A program made the position numbers and the translations under genes. The notes below the pieces were generated by a model. That model was not told the origin of the DNA, made no database searches, and saw nothing but the letters and a program-made list of their open reading frames with translations. A stretch of DNA of 64,000 bases, from assembly GCA_963812105.1 (NCBI GenBank), contig CAWEUF010000010.1:145002-209001 (forward strand), in the 5' to 3' direction. Source of the stretch: an uncultured Alphaproteobacteria bacterium. GTDB lineage: Bacteria > Pseudomonadota > Alphaproteobacteria > Rhizobiales > Methyloligellaceae. Below are positions 1-8,707 of the stretch, piece after piece (the first letter of the stretch is position 1; every line of letters starts with the position of its first letter).

Positions 1-120
1 CGCCTTATCAATGAGTTTCGGCAACGCCTTCACGATCTGATTCTCGGCGTAATAGACGTCCTGCAAGGTGTGCAGGAACAAATCCTCCATCGATGTGATG
101 TCCTTACTGAACAGCCCCAT
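1..120 (-). CDS. Ferritin-like DUF892/YciF family protein, 5' part (runs off the window edge)
   Basis: Manual translation from ATG at 120: MGLFSKDITSMEDLFLHTLQDVYYAENQIVKALPKLIDKA, matching the DUF892 N-terminal pattern L.DLF...L.D.YYAE.QI.KALP; GGAAAGGA RBS upstream. Confidence 0.85.
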   Translation of the reverse strand, partial: MGLFSKDITSMEDLFLHTLQDVYYAENQIVKALPKLIDKA

Positions 121-196
121 GGGGTTGGCGTCCTTTCCTGGTCTTGGGTCATAGCTGCAATCAACTCCGACTAAGAAGCGGAGCGTTCAGGGACAT

Positions 197-221
197 AATT
201 TCGAACAAAGACGGAGGTTCC
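197..221 (-). promoter_or_regulatory. Possible sigmaEcfG (general stress) promoter for the DUF892 gene
   Basis: Minus strand GGAAC-N16-AATT versus consensus GGAAC-N16/17-CGTT; DUF892 genes are typical general-stress targets. Confidence 0.45.
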
Positions 222-272
222 AAACGGGCCGGGGCTCTGCTTGAGCGGGCGCGAATCGGATATGCTCGGGAC

Positions 273-509
273 ATGTTCCCTCGCCCCCATCCAAGCGACG
301 TCAAACGCAAGCTGATCGAGTTCGCTCCCGAGATCTGGCTGGCGCTCGAGCTGCTGGCCAAGGACAGCGGCAGAGACATCCAGGAGCTCGCCGAGGAAGC
401 CTTCGCCGACCTGCTCGGCAAATATCACCGTCCGGCCTCGCTGAAAGAGGCGCTGCGGGAAAGCGCTCGCCGGCTGCCGGCCAATGACGACATGCCGCCG
501 CCGCGCTGA
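273..509 (+). CDS. Small hypothetical protein, ribbon-helix-helix-like
   Basis: KRKLIEF strand followed by two helices (EIWLALELLAKDSG; IQELAEEAFADLLGKY); start uncertain. Confidence 0.55.
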   Translation: MFPRPHPSDVKRKLIEFAPEIWLALELLAKDSGRDIQELAEEAFADLLGKYHRPASLKEALRESARRLPANDDMPPPR

Positions 510-637
510 GGCTAGACCGGTCGCAAACTCCGGATAATCGGCGGCACCGCCGCCCAAAGTGGCCCCGCTGCAACGACTTGGCGCGTGACCCGTGGGGACG
601 CTAGAACCGTCTCTTCGCGTCAGGCCTGAGGATCACC

Positions 638-2017
638 GTGCCAATAGACAGCGCCGCAGCAGCCGCGTCCGCACATTTCGACGGCACCGGCGCAAGCTTC
701 GCCTGGTCGATTCCCTTTGTCGGACTCATTCTCTCGATCGCCTTCCTGCCGCTGATCGCGCCGCGCCTGTGGGAGCATCATTTCGGCAAGGTCGCGGCGT
801 TCTGGGCGATCGCCCTGCTCATTCCTTGCGCCGCGGTATTCGGCATCACCGCCGCCGTCACCGAGGTGCTCGACACGATCCTGCTCGATTATTTGTCGTT
901 CATCCTGCTGCTGTTCGCCCTGTTCGTGGTGGCGGGCGGGATCCGCGTGAGCGGCAATCTCGTCGGCACGCCGGCCACCAACACGGCGATCCTCGCCGTC
1001 GGCACGGTCTCGGCGAGCTTTCTCGGCACGACCGGCGCATCGTTGGTGCTGATCCGCCCCATGATCCGGGCCAATCAGGATCGCGCCTACAATGTCCACG
1101 TCTTCGTGTTCTTTATTTTTCTGGTGTCCAATATCGGCGGCTCCCTCACGCCGCTCGGCGACCCGCCGCTGTTTCTCGGCTTTTTGAAGGGCGTCGATTT
1201 TCTGTGGACGCTCGAGACCATGCTCAAGCCCATGCTGCTCGCGGGCGGTCTCCTGCTTGCGCTGTTCTATATGATCGACCGGCTGGCCTGGAACCGCGAA
1301 TGCGACGAAGTGAGAGCCAAGAGCCGGGTGCCGCGTCAGCTCCGCATCGAAGGCCTGCACAACGTGCTCTATCTCCTGGTCGTGGCGCTCACGGTGCTGG
1401 TGAGCGGCATCTGGAACAAGGACGCGACCATCGGGCTCGGGCTCGGCCTCGAAATGCCGGTCAACGGCTTGATCCGGGACATCATCCTCATCGCCGTTAG
1501 CCTGTTGTCGTGGTGGACCACGGCGCGGGCGATCCGCGTGGAGAACGCGTTCACTTGGGCGCCGATGCAAGAAGTGGCCATGCTGTTCGCCGCCATCTTC
1601 ATCACCATGATCCCGATGCTCGCGCTGTTGCAGGCGGGCAGCGAAGGGCCGTTCGCGCCGCTCCTAAGCCTGGTCTCGACGCCGGACGGGCAGCCACACG
1701 AAGCGGCCTATTTCTGGCTGACGGGCGGATTGTCGAGCTTCCTCGACAACGCGCCGACTTATCTCGTGTTCTTCAATCTGGCCGGCGGCGACGCGCAAAC
1801 GCTGATGGGCCCCCTCGCGCTCACCCTGCTCGCCATCTCGGCCGGCGCCGTGTTCATGGGCGCCAACACCTATATCGGCAACGCGCCCAATTTCATGGTG
1901 CGGTCGATCTGCGAGGAACGCGGCATCAGAATGCCGAGCTTCATCGGCTACATGCTGTGGTCCGGCGCGATCCTGTTGCCCCTGTTCGGGCTGGTCACCT
2001 GGGTGTTCTTCTTGTGA
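638..2017 (+). CDS. IT-superfamily membrane transporter (putative Na+/H+ antiporter or citrate transporter)
   Basis: 459 aa, many TM helices; motifs SNIGGSLTPLGDPPLFLG, SSFLDNAPTY, GANTYIGNAPN. Confidence 0.85.
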   Translation: MPIDSAAAAASAHFDGTGASFAWSIPFVGLILSIAFLPLIAPRLWEHHFGKVAAFWAIALLIPCAAVFGITAAVTEVLDTILLDYLSFILLLFALFVVAGGIRVSGNLVGTPATNTAILAVGTVSASFLGTTGASLVLIRPMIRANQDRAYNVHVFVFFIFLVSNIGGSLTPLGDPPLFLGFLKGVDFLWTLETMLKPMLLAGGLLLALFYMIDRLAWNRECDEVRAKSRVPRQLRIEGLHNVLYLLVVALTVLVSGIWNKDATIGLGLGLEMPVNGLIRDIILIAVSLLSWWTTARAIRVENAFTWAPMQEVAMLFAAIFITMIPMLALLQAGSEGPFAPLLSLVSTPDGQPHEAAYFWLTGGLSSFLDNAPTYLVFFNLAGGDAQTLMGPLALTLLAISAGAVFMGANTYIGNAPNFMVRSICEERGIRMPSFIGYMLWSGAILLPLFGLVTWVFFL

Positions 2018-2024
2018 CCGGGCT

Positions 2025-3068
2025 TTAGCCTTTGAGCCGCGCGAGGATGGCTTCGAGCGCCGCCACGGCCTCGGCCTTGTCGTGCTTCTGCAAATCGAGC
2101 AGGACCTTGAAGCCGTCCGCCTCCTCGCGGATCACGGTGCCTTCGCTGGCGAGATCGTCGTAAAGGCCGAGCACCTTGTAGCAGCGAACCGGCTCGGCAA
2201 AGCCCTTGGCCTTGATCGGCGTCTGCTCCTCCGCGGCCACCTCGTCCTTGACCAGGGAATAGGTCTCGTGGCCGATCAGGATGCCGTCGATCTCCGAGCC
2301 GGATTGGAGGCGCGCCGTCAAGTTCACTGCGCTGCCGATGATGGTGTAGTCCATGCGGTCCTCACCGCCGAAATTGCCGACGGTGCAATATCCGGTGTTG
2401 ATGCCGATGCGCAGATGAAAGGGCTGCTCGGCACCGAGCTCCACCCATTCTTCCCGCAGCTCGCGCAGACGCCGCAACATGGCGATGGCCATGCGCACAC
2501 AGGCCCGCGCATCCTCCTTGACCCCTCTGGTTTCCGGATCGCCGAAGAACACCATGATGGCGTCGCCGATATATTTGTCGATGGTGGCGCCGTGCTCGAG
2601 GGCGATATTCGACATCTCGGTGAGGTAGCGATTGAGCAGATTGGTGAGGTCCTCGGATTCGAGCTTGTCGGTGGTCTGGGTGAAATTCACCACGTCGGAG
2701 AAGAAGATGGTCAGCTTCTTGCGGCTGGAGGTGATCTCGACATTCTGCGCGCCGGTGAAGATCGAGTGGTAGATCTGCGGCGAGAGATATTTCGAGAGCT
2801 TGGTCGACAGCGCGTCGAGCTCCTTGTTCTTTTGCGTGATGATCTCGTTGGCGTGCCGCTGCTCCTTGCTGAGCGCGTTGAGCTGCTGCTCGTTCCGGTC
2901 GCTGAGTTTCATCAGCCGGCGCGTGGTGCGGAACAGCTTTTGATAGTCCTTGAGCAGCTCCTGATAGAGCTTGCCGGCGGCGGGGTCGGCCAAACGGCCC
3001 TGATCGAGCAGCCGTTGCGCGGCGGCGATGACCTGCTCCTCGGCCGCGAATAGGTCATCGGATGACAT
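2025..3068 (-). CDS. Class III adenylate cyclase with SiaD-like N-terminal coiled coil
   Basis: IFFSDVVNFT, DKYIGDAIM (adenine-specifying Lys), RIGINTG, DYTIIGSAVNLTARLQ; N-terminal helix YQKLFRTTRRLMKLSDR; ATG overlaps the siaC stop (TGATG). Confidence 0.9.
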   Translation of the reverse strand: MSSDDLFAAEEQVIAAAQRLLDQGRLADPAAGKLYQELLKDYQKLFRTTRRLMKLSDRNEQQLNALSKEQRHANEIITQKNKELDALSTKLSKYLSPQIYHSIFTGAQNVEITSSRKKLTIFFSDVVNFTQTTDKLESEDLTNLLNRYLTEMSNIALEHGATIDKYIGDAIMVFFGDPETRGVKEDARACVRMAIAMLRRLRELREEWVELGAEQPFHLRIGINTGYCTVGNFGGEDRMDYTIIGSAVNLTARLQSGSEIDGILIGHETYSLVKDEVAAEEQTPIKAKGFAEPVRCYKVLGLYDDLASEGTVIREEADGFKVLLDLQKHDKAEAVAALEAILARLKG

Positions 3069-3457
3069 CAGTCGGGCATTTTCTCTAGATGGAACTTGGC
3101 GTTTTCGAGATCCTCACCGAATTCCTCGCCAAGCTCCTGCATGGTGTCGTCTTCCTTGTCGTAATACCAATAGACGTCGACCGCCGCGCCGTTCTTGGCG
3201 GCGGCATCGAGCTTGTCCATCAGCATCATGACCGCCTTGGCGCTCGAGCTGTTGAGATAGATCAGCTCGAAATCGAAACGGCAGGTACCGCTGCCGAGAC
3301 CGCCGAGATAGGAGTCGAGCGCGGAGAACACCGGGCCATAAAACTCGGTGACGTCCTCGGGATAGGACTCGCCGGTGAGCTTCAGGTGGTTGGTTCGGAA
3401 ATCGAAGGCGACCGCCGGAGTGCGCGAAGTGGCCTCAATGTCGAATTTGTCTCGCAT
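3068..3457 (-). CDS. siaC: SiaC family (DUF1987) phosphoprotein
   Basis: IEATSRTP.V.FD, L.LTGESYPED..EFY.P, ELIYLNSSSAK, WYYDKEDD...ELGEEF. Confidence 0.9.
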   Translation of the reverse strand: MRDKFDIEATSRTPAVAFDFRTNHLKLTGESYPEDVTEFYGPVFSALDSYLGGLGSGTCRFDFELIYLNSSSAKAVMMLMDKLDAAAKNGAAVDVYWYYDKEDDTMQELGEEFGEDLENAKFHLEKMPD

Positions 3458-3467
3458 GTCCCGGCCT

Positions 3468-4043
3468 TCAGATCGTTGCTTTGAGCGCGAAAAACGCGCT
3501 GCCGTTGCCGAGGTCGATGAAATCGAACTCCAGGGGTTTGGAGGCGCGCCGGGCGATCTCCATGAAACCGAGCCCTGCCCCCTTGCTGCCGACTTCGGGC
3601 TCGGATCGCAGCTGCTCCTTATAAAGCACCTTCAGCTCATCCTTGCTCATGTCCCTGATCCGGGTGAGCCGCGTGTTCAATCGGTCGATGTCCCTGGGCT
3701 CGATAAGGTTGCCGGCGCATACGACGTAATCGTCCCCTTCCTTGCCGATCGTTAATATGCCGTAGCGGATTTCCTTGAGCGCGCTGGCCTCCGAGGCAGG
3801 CGGCAGCGCGGCGTGCGACTTCTCGGCGGAGTAGCGAATGATGTTCTGCATCTGCTCGACGAAGACGGCGAACACGCTTCGAAGCGTCTTGGTGTCGGCG
3901 TCGTCGATGGTGAGCTTCTGCTTGAGCGCTTCGCCGACGCCGCTCAGGACCGGTTCGGTGACATAGCCGCTATAGGCGAAGATGACTCCCTGGTTGTGGA
4001 GCATCGCTCGCATGTCCATGAGTTGGGAAGCGAGCATGGGCAT
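3468..4043 (-). CDS. siaB: SiaB family GHKL-like Ser/Thr protein kinase
   Basis: IFAYSG, VFVEQMQNIIRYS, LYKEQLR, SKGAGLGFMEIARRAS; lies between a PP2C gene and siaC. Confidence 0.88.
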   Translation of the reverse strand: MPMLASQLMDMRAMLHNQGVIFAYSGYVTEPVLSGVGEALKQKLTIDDADTKTLRSVFAVFVEQMQNIIRYSAEKSHAALPPASEASALKEIRYGILTIGKEGDDYVVCAGNLIEPRDIDRLNTRLTRIRDMSKDELKVLYKEQLRSEPEVGSKGAGLGFMEIARRASKPLEFDFIDLGNGSAFFALKATI

Positions 4044-4046
4044 CTC

Positions 4047-6923
4047 CTAAGAGTGGGGGACGAAACCCAACACCGTGAGATCGTCGCGGCGGAGTTGCTG
4101 ACCCTGGTAGGTGGCAATGGCGTGGCGCAGGGATTCCTCCTGCTCGCTCATGGGAACGCCGCGGTTTTTCTTGAGCAGTTCCTGGAAGCGCCGCTTGCCG
4201 AACGAGCGGCCGCGCGGGCCGCCGATCTGATCGATCAACCCGTCGGTGGTCAGATAGAAGGTGTCGCTGCTGTCGAACGGCAGGGCGATGTCGGTGAAGG
4301 TCGTTTCGAGCGGGTAGCGGCGGTAACCGAGCCCCTTGCGATCGCCCTTGATCTCGATCACGCCCTTCTTATTCGCCCGCCACAGCGAGAACCGCGCGCC
4401 GGCAAACGTCATCGTGCGCTTCTTGGGATTGATGAAGCAGATGCCGGCTTCAAGCCCGTCGTCGGTCTCGCCCCGTTGCGCGTCCTGGCCGAGCAGGCTT
4501 TGCACTCCGCGATGCAGCCCGGTCAGCACCTGACTCGGATTGTCGGTATCGGCGCTGCGCAGCATGCGGTCGAGCAGGCCCCAAGCGATCAGAGTCATAA
4601 AGGCGCCCGGGACGCCGTGACCGGTGCAATCTCCGACCATCACGGCATAGCCGTCGCTGATGGGCTGGAACCAGAAGAAGTCGCCGCCGACGATGTCGCG
4701 CGGCTCCCAAATGAGGAAATGGTCGGCGGCCACCACGCCGAGCTCCTCGCGCGCCGGCAACACGGCCGCCTGGATGCGGCTGGCATAGCGCAGGCTTTGC
4801 AGGATCAGTTGATTGGCGGCGGCGGCCCGCTGCTCGCTGTCCTTGACCTCGGTCAGGTCGCTATAGACGGCGACGGTGCCGCCGGTCTCGGTGCGCCGCT
4901 CGCTGATCTGCAGCCAGCGTCCGTCGGAGCGGCGCTGCAACAGAGGCAGGCCGGGATGGCGATGCTCGGCAAGCCGCTGCCGGATCCAGCCCTCCTCCCG
5001 GCCCTTGGCGTCGTGGATGAGGCCATGCGCGACCGCGCTGCGGATGATCTCCTCGAACGTCGTGCCCGGCTTCGGCGCACCGCCGCCGAGGTCAAATAGC
5101 TCGGCATATTTGTGGTTGCCGAGCACCAGCCGATCCTCGTTGTCGTAGAGCGAAAAGCCTTCGGAGATGGTATCGATGGCGTCGGTCAGGCGCTGCTCGC
5201 TTTCCGCCAAGGCGGCCTGCTCGGCCGTCTTGCGCGCAGTGACCTCGCTCCAGGAGCCGATCACTTCGAGCGGATTGCCGTTCTGGTCCTTGACCAGGTG
5301 CTGCTCGTCGCTCACCCAGCAATAGATGCCGTCGGACTTGCGGAATCGGTACTCGGCGACGTTCCGGCCTTGCTCGAATAGCTTCGCCTGGCCCGCCTCG
5401 ACCTCGGCGAGGTCCTCGGGATGGACCCGCGAACGCCAAAACTCCGGGTCCTTCAAATATTGGTCGGGCTCGTAGCCCAACACCCGCTTGATGTTGTCGC
5501 TGACGAAGGTTGGCGCATAGGAACCGCCGGCCTCGAAGCTATAGACCACCGCCGGGGCGCCATGAAGCAGCAGGTCGAACCGCGCCCGCGCTTGGTTCTC
5601 GGCCTGCTCGGCCTGCTTGCGCGAGCTGATATTGCTCCATGAGCCGACGATCTCGATCGGCTCCCCGTCGTCGCCGCGCAATAGATATTGCTCGTCGCTC
5701 ACCCAGATGTAATTGCCGTTGCGCTTGCGGAAGCGGTACTCGGCGGCGTGTCTGCCCTTCTCGAACAGCTTCGCCTGCTCGGCCTCGACCGCGGGCAGAT
5801 CCTCGGGGTGGACGTTGTTGCGCCAGAAGTCGGCGTGCTCGAGATATTTCTCGGGGCAATAGCCGAGCAGGCGCTTGATGTTCTCGCTGACGAAGGTCGG
5901 CGCGTAATCGCCGCTTGCCTTGAAGCTGTAGATCACCGATGGCGCGCTTTCGAGCAGAGCCGATAGTCGCGCACGGGCGGCGTCCTCGGCCGCTTCGGCG
6001 CTCTTGCGGTCGGTGACGTCGCTCCACGAGCCCACGATCTCGAACGGCTCGCCATTCTCGTCGCGGATGAGATGCTGCTCGTCGCTCACCCAGCGATAAT
6101 GTCCGTCTTTCTTGCGGAAGCGGTATTCGGCGGTGTGGCGGTCGCGTTCGAACAGGAGCGCCTGTTCCGCCTCGACTGAATCGATGTCGTCGGGATGCAC
6201 GCGGGCGCGCCAGAAGGCCGCATCCTTGAGATATTCGTCCGGGCAATAGCCGAGCAGGCGCTTGATGTTCTCGCTGACGAAGGTCGGCGCGTAATCGCCG
6301 CTCGCCTTGAAGCTGTAGATCACCGATGGCGCGCTATCGAGCAGAAGCGCAAGCCGTTCGCGGGCCCGGTCCTCGGCCAATTCGGCGGCCTTGCGCGCGG
6401 TGATGTCGCTCCACGAGCCCACCACCTCCGACGGCGCACCCTGCTTGTCACGGATGAGATGCTGGTCGTCGTTCACCCAGCAATAGGAGCCGTCTTTGCG
6501 CCGGAAGCGATATTCGATCGCGTGGTGGCCCTGTTCGAACAGGGCGTCCATCTCGCCCTCGATGCGCGGAAGATCGTCGGGATGCACGCGCTCGCGCCAG
6601 AAATTCGGATTTTCGAGATATTCGCTCGCGGCATATCCGAACAGCCGCATGATGTTCTCGCTGACAAAGGTCGGCGCGAAATCGCCCTTGGCTTCGAAGC
6701 TATAGATCACCGCCGGAGAGGCTTCGAGCAGCCGGGACAATCGGATCGCGGCCGCAGCCTCGACTTCAGCCAAATGCTGGCGTTCGTCCTCGTCTCGCTC
6801 GCGCGTCGCGTCGGCCAAGACACTCTCGAAGATATCGGCCACTTTGCCAGAATCGGCGTCGGCTCGCAGCATTTTACCAAGCGCCGTGGCAGCAATCTCG
6901 GCGTATTTTCTGGACGAGGTCAT
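4047..6923 (-). CDS. SiaA-like PP2C (SpoIIE) phosphatase with four tandem PAS/PAC domains plus a fifth PAS; no TM helices
   Basis: Four repeats of FVS(E/D)NI...GY...Y....FW...VHP(D/E)D...EYRFR..(D/N)G.Y.WV.D; C-terminal YASRIQAAVLP, PRDIVGGDFFW, GDCTGHGVPGAFMT, TTDGLIDQIGG, RRDDLTVLG; start uncertain. Confidence 0.88.
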   Translation of the reverse strand: MTSSRKYAEIAATALGKMLRADADSGKVADIFESVLADATRERDEDERQHLAEVEAAAAIRLSRLLEASPAVIYSFEAKGDFAPTFVSENIMRLFGYAASEYLENPNFWRERVHPDDLPRIEGEMDALFEQGHHAIEYRFRRKDGSYCWVNDDQHLIRDKQGAPSEVVGSWSDITARKAAELAEDRARERLALLLDSAPSVIYSFKASGDYAPTFVSENIKRLLGYCPDEYLKDAAFWRARVHPDDIDSVEAEQALLFERDRHTAEYRFRKKDGHYRWVSDEQHLIRDENGEPFEIVGSWSDVTDRKSAEAAEDAARARLSALLESAPSVIYSFKASGDYAPTFVSENIKRLLGYCPEKYLEHADFWRNNVHPEDLPAVEAEQAKLFEKGRHAAEYRFRKRNGNYIWVSDEQYLLRGDDGEPIEIVGSWSNISSRKQAEQAENQARARFDLLLHGAPAVVYSFEAGGSYAPTFVSDNIKRVLGYEPDQYLKDPEFWRSRVHPEDLAEVEAGQAKLFEQGRNVAEYRFRKSDGIYCWVSDEQHLVKDQNGNPLEVIGSWSEVTARKTAEQAALAESEQRLTDAIDTISEGFSLYDNEDRLVLGNHKYAELFDLGGGAPKPGTTFEEIIRSAVAHGLIHDAKGREEGWIRQRLAEHRHPGLPLLQRRSDGRWLQISERRTETGGTVAVYSDLTEVKDSEQRAAAANQLILQSLRYASRIQAAVLPAREELGVVAADHFLIWEPRDIVGGDFFWFQPISDGYAVMVGDCTGHGVPGAFMTLIAWGLLDRMLRSADTDNPSQVLTGLHRGVQSLLGQDAQRGETDDGLEAGICFINPKKRTMTFAGARFSLWRANKKGVIEIKGDRKGLGYRRYPLETTFTDIALPFDSSDTFYLTTDGLIDQIGGPRGRSFGKRRFQELLKKNRGVPMSEQEESLRHAIATYQGQQLRRDDLTVLGFVPHS
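5854..6344. repeat. Intragenic direct repeat between PAS2 and PAS3 (387-nt period)
   Basis: 5854-5957 and 6241-6344 are identical apart from two substitutions by eye. Confidence 0.85.
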
Positions 6924-6980
6924 TAAAGGATTGTGTCGAGCGGTGTTAAAGGGCGGAGGGAACGGCTTACAGCGTAAACG

Positions 6981-7009
6981 ATATTTTCGAGCCTACCAGC
7001 GTCTGTCAA
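6981..7009 (-). promoter_or_regulatory. Possible sigma70 promoter of the sia-cyclase operon
   Basis: Minus strand TTGACA-N17-AAATAT about 60 nt upstream of the ATG. Confidence 0.35.
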
Positions 7010-7256
7010 TGGCACGACTTGGCCATAGCCCCGCGAGTCATGTGACGGTTGGATGAACGCGGCAGAAGGTCTGCCCAGTAGGCCGGCCTGCAGAACGCCG
7101 GAGAGCCGATCGTCCGCCGGCAACGCGAGGCAAACGACCCCCGTGCCCCGGCCGGGTGCGATCCGGAGCACGGAGGGGTATCCTAACTATGGGCCGCGCC
7201 TGATTTGCGCCGCGCTCCAGCGCGGACCCGCCATTCGCGACTGAGGAGTGCAGTCC

Positions 7257-7466
7257 TTACTGCGCAGGTGCCTCTGGGGCCGGTGCCTCTGGCGCCGGTG
7301 CTTCAGGCGCTGGTGTTTCAGGCGCCGGTGGCGTTTCGGCGGCCGGCATTTCCGATTTGCCGAGCACGCAATTGATCAAAGTCCCGTCGTACTTGCAGTC
7401 CCGGCTTTGCGCCCGAACCACAACAATAACGGCGGCAATAACAATCAAAATTAGAAGAATTCGCAT
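7257..7466 (-). CDS. Small membrane-anchored or secreted protein with a Cys pair and a (PEAPA)n tail
   Basis: N-terminal hydrophobic stretch, C-x8-C, Pro/Glu/Ala pentapeptide repeats; GGGAGG RBS. Confidence 0.65.
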   Translation of the reverse strand: MRILLILIVIAAVIVVVRAQSRDCKYDGTLINCVLGKSEMPAAETPPAPETPAPEAPAPEAPAPEAPAQ

Positions 7467-7728
7467 TCAAGCACCCTCCCTTTTGCGCTGGCGTAAAGTA
7501 TACGAACGGGCGGCAAACAAAAAGGGCTCCGGGCCGGATTTCATGATGTCGTCATCCGCCCTGTCCGGGGCTCGGCAAGGCCCGTAAAAGGGCGCTAGCC
7601 GCGGTTTCAGCCCCGTTCCCGACCCTATTGGCCCTAATAAAGGGGGCGTGGCCCGATCGCGGCCCCGTACCCCAAGCCCCAAGCACCGCTGTTTGTACTT
7701 CACGCAGAGTCTCCTTAGATCAGTGCCG

Positions 7729-8706
7729 ATGATGGATCGTGAGCGAAGATCGCCATTTTGCCGCGTGGTCTCGCGCCAGGACGTCCTGCGCGCCGCGCTG
7801 ATGCTGGCAGCCGCTCCCTTGCTACGCTTCGTGCCGGCACAAGCAGCCGAGGGGATGGCGGTCAGCGAGGTCGCGCCTGGCATATTCGTCCATCAGGGAC
7901 GCTACGAGTTGCAGTCGCCCCAAAATCGCGGCGACATGGCCAATGCGAGCTTCGTGGTCGGCAGCGACGCGGTCGCGGTGATCGACACGCTGGGCAGCGC
8001 GGTCGCCGGGCGCGAGCTCAGAAATGCCATTCGCGCGGTGACCGACAAGCCGATCCGCTACGTGATCAATACCCACATGCATCCCGACCACGTGTTCGGC
8101 AATGCGGCCTTCAAGGAGGACAATCCGGCGTTCGTGGGCCACTACAAGCTGGCCCGCGGGCTGGCCACGCGGGCCGACCGCTATCTCGCCATCAACAAGC
8201 AGATGCTGGGCGACGAGGCGTTCGAGGGGACTGAGATCATCTTGCCCACGCTCGCCGTCGAGAACACCACCACGCTCGATCTCGGCGGCCGCACGCTCAC
8301 GCTGGAGACGCAGCCGACCGCCCATACCGACAACGATCTCACCATCACTGACAGTGCGACCGACACGCTGTTCCTCGGCGATCTCCTGTTCTCGGTCCAT
8401 GTGCCGACCCTCGACGGGTCGATCAGAGGCTGGCTGGCCTTGCTCGACCGGCTGGCGAGCAAGAACGCCGCGCGCGTCATTCCCGGTCATGGGCCGCACG
8501 CCATGGAGCTGCCCGAGGCGATCGAGCCCGAGCAGCGCTACCTCGCCGCCATCGCCGGCGATGTCAGGCGCTTGATCGAAGAGGGCAAGACGCTCGAGGA
8601 GGCCACCAAAACCGCGGGATTTTCCCAGCGCGATTCCTGGAAATTGTTCGATCACTATCATGTCCGCAACGTCACGGCGGCCTTCGCAGAACTGGAATGG
8701 GAGTGA
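7729..8706 (+). CDS. Quinoprotein relay system zinc metallohydrolase (MBL fold, SoxH-like), exported
   Basis: NTHMHPDH, AHTDND, GDLLF, PGHG; C-terminal RNVTAAFAELEWE; signal peptide; adjacent to a SoxYZ-like gene. Confidence 0.85.
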   Translation: MMDRERRSPFCRVVSRQDVLRAALMLAAAPLLRFVPAQAAEGMAVSEVAPGIFVHQGRYELQSPQNRGDMANASFVVGSDAVAVIDTLGSAVAGRELRNAIRAVTDKPIRYVINTHMHPDHVFGNAAFKEDNPAFVGHYKLARGLATRADRYLAINKQMLGDEAFEGTEIILPTLAVENTTTLDLGGRTLTLETQPTAHTDNDLTITDSATDTLFLGDLLFSVHVPTLDGSIRGWLALLDRLASKNAARVIPGHGPHAMELPEAIEPEQRYLAAIAGDVRRLIEEGKTLEEATKTAGFSQRDSWKLFDHYHVRNVTAAFAELEWE

Positions 8707-8707
8707 T

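Noticed and set aside
7010-7060. sigma54 motif or CRP box upstream of the sia operon
   Set aside because: TGGCACG is followed by GC at the wrong spacing and faces away from the operon; TGTGA has no matching TCACA half-site
7265-7340. CRISPR-like short repeats (also 19470-19600)
   Set aside because: In-frame coding repeats without unique spacers; no cas genes
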